From Gemmatimonadota bacterium (GTDB lineage Bacteria > Gemmatimonadota > Gemmatimonadetes > Gemmatimonadales > Gemmatimonadaceae), in NCBI GenBank assembly GCA_031372565.1, contig JANMLN010000151.1, positions 1 to 64,000 of the forward strand: a stretch of 64,000 nt of DNA, in the 5' to 3' direction. Below the pieces are notes generated by a model that saw nothing but the letters and a program-made list of their open reading frames with translations, was not told the origin of the DNA and did not search any database. Each line of letters starts with the position of its first letter. Position 1 is the stretch's first letter. Below are positions 58,438-64,000 of the stretch, in pieces. A program made the translations under genes and the position numbers.

Positions 58438-59976
58438 ATGCATTCTCCGCTCCCACTCCGTCGTGCAGCGCGTGCCGTCGCGCTCCTCCTGCTCGCTGCC
58501 CCGGGCGCCCACGCCCAAACCGCGCGGCGCGAGCGCGTCGACATGCTCATCACGGGCGGTGCCGTGGTGACGATGGACCGCGATCGCCGCGTCCTCGACG
58601 ACGGCGCGGTGGCGGTGCGCAAGGACCGCATCGTGGCGGTGGGCACGTCGCGCGAGATCGCGGCGCGCTACACCGCGCCGCAGGTCATCGACGCGCGCCG
58701 CAAGATCATCATGCCGGGCTTGATCGACGGCCACGGCCACGCTGGCCACACCCTGGTCAAGACGCTCGGCATGGATCAGGGCGCCTTCAACGAGGTCACC
58801 GAGAAGATCTATGCGCGGGGCTCGACGGTCGGCTTCTGGCAGGCCGATGGCGCGTTGGCCGCGCTCGAGAAGCTGCGCTTCGGCGTGACCACGTCGCTCG
58901 TGCTCTTCGGCGGCGGCGACAACGTCTGGCGCACCGACCAGACGCGCTACGGCAATGCGTACATGGGCGGCGTGCGTGACGTGGGCGTGCGGTGGATCCT
59001 CGCCGTCGGACCACGGCGCCCACCCTTCCCGCGCACCTACACGCAGTGGGACGGCAATCAGTCCACCGATGTGCCCAGCTCGTTCGACCAGCAGCTCGCC
59101 GTCTCCGAATCCCTCATCACGAAGTGGCATGGCGCGGCGGACGGCCGGCTGCGCATGGCGGTGGTGTATCCCACGGTGAACCCGGCCACGGCGCCGATCA
59201 GCGCCGAGTCCATGCGCGAGCTCAAGGCGCAGGCAGAGGCGACGCGTGCGTTCTCGAAGAAGCACCAACTGCTCTTCGCGCAGGATGGCCACACGCGCGG
59301 TACGGTGCAGTTCGCCAACGACTCGCTCGGCCTGCTCGGTCCGGACGCGATCTTCTCGCACGCGACCGAACTCACGACCGACGAGATCGCGCTGGTGGCG
59401 CGCACGGGCACCAGGATCGTGCACAACCCGAGCGCCATCTACTCCATGCGCGGCCGAGCACCGGTCACGGAGTTGCTCGACGCAGGCGCCACCGTCATGC
59501 TGGGCTCCGATGGCGTGGCGCCCGACCGGAGCTACGACATGTTCCGGCACATGTTCCAGGCGGGGCGCTACCACCGGTTCTTCTTCCGTGATCCGGACGT
59601 GCTCCCCGCGGGCAAGATCCTCGAGATGACGACCGTGGATGCGGCGCGTGCGCTTGGCCTGCAGGACGAGATCGGGGCGCTCGAGCCCGGCAAGAAGGCC
59701 GACATCATCCTCGTCGACCTGTGGCGGCCGCACATGGTACCGATGCAGATGCCGCTGTACCGGCTGGCCTACTTCGCCAACGGCAACGACGTGCACACCG
59801 TGATCGTGGACGGGCGTGTGCTGATGCGCGATCGGAAGGTGTTGAGCGTCAACGAGTCGGGCATTCTGGAGATGGCGCAGCGCGAGAGCGACGCGGCGAT
59901 TGCGCGCACGGGGCTCGGTGGCATGCTCGCCACGCCGCCCGGCTTCTGGGGAAAGACGCACCTGCCGAAGCGGTAG
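58438..59976 (+). CDS. Secreted amidohydrolase, MtaD/SsnA (TRZ/ATZ)-like
   Basis: MPGLIDGHGH, SH, HNP, LGSDG, GALEPGKKAD. Confidence 0.88.
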   Translation: MHSPLPLRRAARAVALLLLAAPGAHAQTARRERVDMLITGGAVVTMDRDRRVLDDGAVAVRKDRIVAVGTSREIAARYTAPQVIDARRKIIMPGLIDGHGHAGHTLVKTLGMDQGAFNEVTEKIYARGSTVGFWQADGALAALEKLRFGVTTSLVLFGGGDNVWRTDQTRYGNAYMGGVRDVGVRWILAVGPRRPPFPRTYTQWDGNQSTDVPSSFDQQLAVSESLITKWHGAADGRLRMAVVYPTVNPATAPISAESMRELKAQAEATRAFSKKHQLLFAQDGHTRGTVQFANDSLGLLGPDAIFSHATELTTDEIALVARTGTRIVHNPSAIYSMRGRAPVTELLDAGATVMLGSDGVAPDRSYDMFRHMFQAGRYHRFFFRDPDVLPAGKILEMTTVDAARALGLQDEIGALEPGKKADIILVDLWRPHMVPMQMPLYRLAYFANGNDVHTVIVDGRVLMRDRKVLSVNESGILEMAQRESDAAIARTGLGGMLATPPGFWGKTHLPKR

Positions 59977-60045
59977 TCGGCGGCCACGGTGCAGGGCGGT
60001 GGCCGACCCGCTGCCATCGCCGCGCCCGTTCGTCATCTTTCCCGG

Positions 60046-61065
60046 ATGACCAGTGCGTCGAACCCGGAGGGCGGAGCACACGCGCCGCGCCGCATCTTCA
60101 TGATCGGGGCCACGGGCACGATTGGCCGCGCCACGGTGCGTGCCCTGGTACGGCACGGGCATGACGTGGTCTGCTTCGTGCGCCCCTCATCGGCGAGCGC
60201 GGTGGCTCAGGCGCGCGCGTCGTCACTCGATGCCCACGTCACGGTGCGCACGGGTGATGTCACCGATGCCGCGTCCGTGGCGCGCGACGGCTTCTGCGGC
60301 GAACGGTTCGACGCCGTGGTCTCGTGCCTCGCGTCACGTACTGGCGGCCCGCGCGATGCCTGGGCCATCGATCATCAGGCGCATCTCGGCGTGCTCGAGG
60401 CCGCCAAGGCTGCCGGCGTCGCGCATTTCGTCCTGCTCTCCGCCATCTGCGTGCAGAAGCCGCTGCTCGAGTTCCAGCGGGCCAAGCTCGCGTTCGAGGC
60501 GGCGCTGGTTGCATCGGGCATCGACTACTCGATCGTGCGCGCGACCGCCTTCTTCAAGTCGCTCTCGGGCCAGATCAAGCGCGTGCAGGCGGGGAAGCCC
60601 TTCCTCGTGTTCGGCGACGGCACCATGACGGCGTGCAAGCCGATCAGCGACGATGATCTGGCCGAATATCTGGCGGGTTGCCTGGATGATCCCTCGCGCC
60701 GCAACCGGATCCTGCCGATCGGGGGGCCGGGACCGGCGCTGACGTCGCGCGCGCAAGGCGAGCAGCTCTTTGCGCTCGCGCAGAAGGAGCCCAAGTTCAC
60801 GCAGGTACCCGTGGCGATGCTCGATGTCATCATCGGGGTGCTTGGCACGCTGGGACGCATCGTTCCGCCGCTGGCGGACAAAGCCGAGTTCGCGCGCATT
60901 GGTCGCTACTATGCGACCGAGTCGATGCTGGTGTGGAACGCGGCAGAAGCGCGGTACGACGCCGATGCCACACCGGAGTTCGGGCACGAAACGCTCGGCC
61001 AGCATCATGCCAAACTGCTGCGCGGCGAACTGGCAGATGACCGCGGCGAGCATGCTGTCTTCTAG
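60046..61065 (+). CDS. bciA: Divinyl (proto)chlorophyllide a 8-vinyl reductase-like atypical SDR
   Basis: GATGTIG, VVSCLASRTG, LLSAICVQKPLLEFQRAKL, TAFFKSL, CKPIS, GRYYATESML. Confidence 0.8.
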   Translation: MTSASNPEGGAHAPRRIFMIGATGTIGRATVRALVRHGHDVVCFVRPSSASAVAQARASSLDAHVTVRTGDVTDAASVARDGFCGERFDAVVSCLASRTGGPRDAWAIDHQAHLGVLEAAKAAGVAHFVLLSAICVQKPLLEFQRAKLAFEAALVASGIDYSIVRATAFFKSLSGQIKRVQAGKPFLVFGDGTMTACKPISDDDLAEYLAGCLDDPSRRNRILPIGGPGPALTSRAQGEQLFALAQKEPKFTQVPVAMLDVIIGVLGTLGRIVPPLADKAEFARIGRYYATESMLVWNAAEARYDADATPEFGHETLGQHHAKLLRGELADDRGEHAVF

Positions 61066-61080
61066 CGCCAACCAGCCATC

Positions 61081-62568
61081 ATGACGTCCACCGTGACTCC
61101 GCACATGACCGCTGCGCCTGGTTGGCGCTTCGACAACAGCTACGCGCGGCTGCCCGCGACGCTCTTTGCGCGCGCGCATCCCGCCTCAGTGCGCGCGCCC
61201 TCAGTTGTCGTGCTGAATCACGCGCTCGCGCGCGAGCTCGGCTTGTCGCTCGACACGTTGACCCCCGACGCAGCGGCTGCGTTGTTCGCGGGGCAGTCCA
61301 TCCCGGACGGTGCCGATCCGATCGCGCAGGCCTACGCCGGCCACCAGTTCGGCGGCTTCACCATGCTGGGCGACGGCCGCGCCATCCTCCTCGGCGAACA
61401 TGTGACCCCCGCGGGCGCGCGCGTGGACATCCAGTTCAAGGGCTCCGGTCCGACGCCGTTCTCGCGTCGTGGCGATGGTCGCGCCGCGCTGGGGCCGATG
61501 CTGCGCGAGTACATCATCAGCGAGGCGATGCACGCGCTCGGCATTCCCACCACGCGGAGTCTCGCGGTGGTCACGACCGGCGAGATGGTGTACCGCGAGG
61601 ATCGATTGCGCGGGGCGGTGCTGACGCGCGTGGCGGCGAGTCATCTGCGCGTCGGGACCTTCCAGTACCTCGGGGCGCAGGGGGACGTCGCCACGTTGCG
61701 CACGCTCGCCGACTACGCGATCGCGCGGCACTATCCGGAGATCGCGGCCGACGCGCAGCCATACCTCGCCCTGCTTCGCGCCGTGATGCAGCGGCAGATG
61801 GCGCTCATCGCACGCTGGCAGTTGGTGGGCTTCGTGCATGGCGTCATGAACACCGACAACATGTCGATCGCGGGCGAGACGATCGACTACGGCCCGTGCG
61901 CCTTCATGGACCGGTATCATCCGGAGACCGTGTTCAGTTCGATCGACGGCTACGGGCGGTACGCGTACGATCAGCAGCCGGCGATCGCCAACTGGAATCT
62001 GGCGCGGTTCGCCGAGGCGCTGTTGCCGCTGTGTGATCCGGAGCCGATCCGGGCGGCGGAGCTGGCGACGGCGGTGTTGGCGGAGGCGCCGTCGCTGTTT
62101 GAACAGGCGTGGCTGGAGGGGATGCGCGCCAAGCTCGGGCTGTCTGGAGCGGATGCGGACGACCTGATGCTCGTGGGTGAGCTGCTCGCCTGGATGCAGG
62201 AGACCAGCGCGGACTTCACGAACACCTTTCGTGCGTTGTCGCTGCCTGCGACGAACGCGGCACCGATCGCGCCGCCCACCGATGCGCGCTTTGGTGCGTG
62301 GCATCAACGCTGGATGTCGCGGGCGACGGCGCACGGCGTGACGGTCGCTCAGGCGCAGGAGCGCATGCGCGCGGCGAATCCGGCGATCATCCCGCGCAAC
62401 CACCGCGTGGAGGCCGCACTCGCGGCCGCGCAGACGGATGACCTGGCGCCGATGCAGCGACTGCTCGCCGACATGGCGGCGCCGTACGACGACCGGCCGC
62501 GCGACCCTGATGGGTTGCAGCCTGCGCCGGAGTCAGCTGCGCATTACCGGACGTTCTGCGGTACCTGA
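61081..62568 (+). CDS. selO: Protein adenylyltransferase SelO/YdiU
   Basis: YAGHQFG, LGDGRA, KGSG.T.FSR.GDGRA, HGVMNTDN, IDYGP, TFCGT. Confidence 0.95.
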   Translation: MTSTVTPHMTAAPGWRFDNSYARLPATLFARAHPASVRAPSVVVLNHALARELGLSLDTLTPDAAAALFAGQSIPDGADPIAQAYAGHQFGGFTMLGDGRAILLGEHVTPAGARVDIQFKGSGPTPFSRRGDGRAALGPMLREYIISEAMHALGIPTTRSLAVVTTGEMVYREDRLRGAVLTRVAASHLRVGTFQYLGAQGDVATLRTLADYAIARHYPEIAADAQPYLALLRAVMQRQMALIARWQLVGFVHGVMNTDNMSIAGETIDYGPCAFMDRYHPETVFSSIDGYGRYAYDQQPAIANWNLARFAEALLPLCDPEPIRAAELATAVLAEAPSLFEQAWLEGMRAKLGLSGADADDLMLVGELLAWMQETSADFTNTFRALSLPATNAAPIAPPTDARFGAWHQRWMSRATAHGVTVAQAQERMRAANPAIIPRNHRVEAALAAAQTDDLAPMQRLLADMAAPYDDRPRDPDGLQPAPESAAHYRTFCGT

Positions 62569-62611
62569 GCGACGGACGCACGTCGCGGGCGCAGCACCGG
62601 CGAACGCGCCG

Positions 62612-63004
62612 CTACGCGTCCTTCGGGCCGTACAACGTCTCGCCGATGACCAGTCCGTGACCATCGGGGGTTTTCACGACCATCTCCCGCAAGCCGTACT
62701 CGCGATTGGTGGGCGGCGATTTCACCAGAGCACCACGTGCCTTGATCTCGGCATGGTACGCATCGACGCCGTCGATCAGCAGATGCACGAACCAGGAGTG
62801 ATTGCCGGTCTGCTCGGCCGAGACCTCGTCGCGGCATTCGCCAAGCATCACGTGGAAGGCATCGCGTGACAGGAAGCGCCAGCCGGGCGAATGGATGTCG
62901 TCTTCGACGAAACCGAGCACGTCGATGTAGTAGCGGGCGGAACGCTCCAGATCCTGCACGGCGAGGACGGAGCGTGCGCGCGTGAAGCGCGGGGCGTCGG
63001 TCAT
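62612..63004 (-). CDS. VOC/glyoxalase family protein
   Basis: LAVQDLERSARYYIDVLGF; YGLREMVVKTPDGH. Confidence 0.88.
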   Translation of the reverse strand: MTDAPRFTRARSVLAVQDLERSARYYIDVLGFVEDDIHSPGWRFLSRDAFHVMLGECRDEVSAEQTGNHSWFVHLLIDGVDAYHAEIKARGALVKSPPTNREYGLREMVVKTPDGHGLVIGETLYGPKDA

Positions 63005-63039
63005 GCGAGAAAGGGCAAAGACGGTGAAGGGGTAGGGCG

Positions 63040-63444
63040 CTACGGAGAAGATGGCGGCGCAGAGCCGTCGCGCGCCATCTGCCATCGCACGATGGCCGCG
63101 ACCATCAGGGCCGCCAGCGCGACGAGATCCACCCGAACCACGCGCGCAACCTCGGGCGTCCCGGCTCCGGTCAGTCGCGCCATCCACAGAAACGTGCCCA
63201 CACTGACCATACCCGCTGCGATGGCGGCCGGCTGCCACGCGGGACGGAAGGCAGCCGCACCGAGGAAGGCGCCCAGGAGTCCGAACAGGACGGCGCGGTG
63301 TCGTAGCAGCAATACCGTCGTGGCGTCGTCCACGCGCACACCATACAGCCGCGCGAGGGCGGGGGCGCCCGCCGCACCAGCCACCGGCAGGAGGTGAATC
63401 AGCGCGAGGGCCAGGAGTACCGTAACGACGATCGCTCGCCTCAT
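63040..63444 (-). CDS. Membrane protein (4 TM)
   Basis: IHLLP...LYGV...LLLRHRAVLFG; ATGA overlap with the upstream gene. Confidence 0.75.
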   Translation of the reverse strand: MRRAIVVTVLLALALIHLLPVAGAAGAPALARLYGVRVDDATTVLLLRHRAVLFGLLGAFLGAAAFRPAWQPAAIAAGMVSVGTFLWMARLTGAGTPEVARVVRVDLVALAALMVAAIVRWQMARDGSAPPSSP

Positions 63445-63866
63445 GCGCCGCTCCGCGCCGCCGTGCCCGCGACACTCGAGCGGCGAGGCCAGAGCAACAG
63501 CACGAACGCGGCCAGAAACCCCGTGTTCGACAGCGCGTTCCAGCCGAATCCCAGCACAAGCGATGCTCCGCTGTCGAGCACGTACCACGCGACGGCGCTT
63601 GCGAGCGCGGCCGAACGAAGCGGAAGTCCGCGCCCAAGCAGCCCCAGGAGCACCCCCCAGCCGAGAGTGAGCGCGCCCGAGATTGCCGCACCGAGCCGCA
63701 TCGCGGGCCCGCCGTCGGTGGGGGTGCCCGCGGTGGCCGCTATCGAGTAGACCGTGACCAGCAGGTCTGGCGCCGCGACGGCCAGCAGCGCGAGCGGGGC
63801 GCCGGTGACGACGAGCAGCGCGCCCAACACGGTGAGGGCACGATCGGGAGTGGGGGCAGTCGACAT
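63441..63866 (-). CDS. Membrane protein (141 aa)
   Basis: Hydrophobic; WYVLDS.AS...N motif. Confidence 0.7.
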   Translation of the reverse strand: MSTAPTPDRALTVLGALLVVTGAPLALLAVAAPDLLVTVYSIAATAGTPTDGGPAMRLGAAISGALTLGWGVLLGLLGRGLPLRSAALASAVAWYVLDSGASLVLGFGWNALSNTGFLAAFVLLLWPRRSSVAGTAARSGA

Positions 63867-64000
63867 GGGGACGAGGGCTGGATGTTGGCCGCACCGCGCC
63901 CGAGCGGGCAGTGCATGGAGCGCAAGCTGCGCGCCCCGGTAACCAGTTTCGATTCCCTCCGAGGGAAGCGCGCCGCACCCCGCGCCCGCTACGATTCGGT

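Noticed and set aside
62554..62640. Selenocysteine readthrough at the selO TGA
   Set aside because: The protein already ends in the standard Cys-containing TFCGT, and I see no convincing SECIS.

Overview
High-GC bacterial chromosomal window. The pilin style, many Tat/Sec-exported hydrolases and repeat types suggest a Gemmatimonadota-like host (inference). The most distinctive part is the left 2.1 kb, which is the proximal end of an integron gene-cassette array on the minus strand. It has three attC sites (378-483, 794-908, 1351-1457) and four cassettes: a GIY-YIG-like nuclease cut by the window edge, a 91-aa orphan, a hicAB toxin-antitoxin pair with its own promoter, and a 142-aa CxCC protein. 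An attI-like site lies at 1917-1935, but there is no intact intI where one would be expected. All three attC sites show an unusual 4/7-nt spacer geometry. The rest is dense metabolic and cell-surface content: two tandem type IV pilins with a sigma54-like promoter, CGTC-type REP-like palindromes, and a probably inactive 5'-nucleotidase-like protein fused to a likely beta-barrel. There is also a tightly coupled catabolic operon (YheO-like PAS-HTH regulator, FAD dehydrogenase, class III aminotransferase, PhzF, APC permease, DMFase beta-like) preceded by an operator-like inverted repeat. Other notable items are a frameshifted prfC, an isolated bciA-like gene, a 59-aa Zn-finger-like ORF missed by the ORF track, and many peptidases and hydrolases. 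I saw no rRNA, tRNA, CRISPR array or transposase. Product calls come from motif recognition by eye; no database searches were run.
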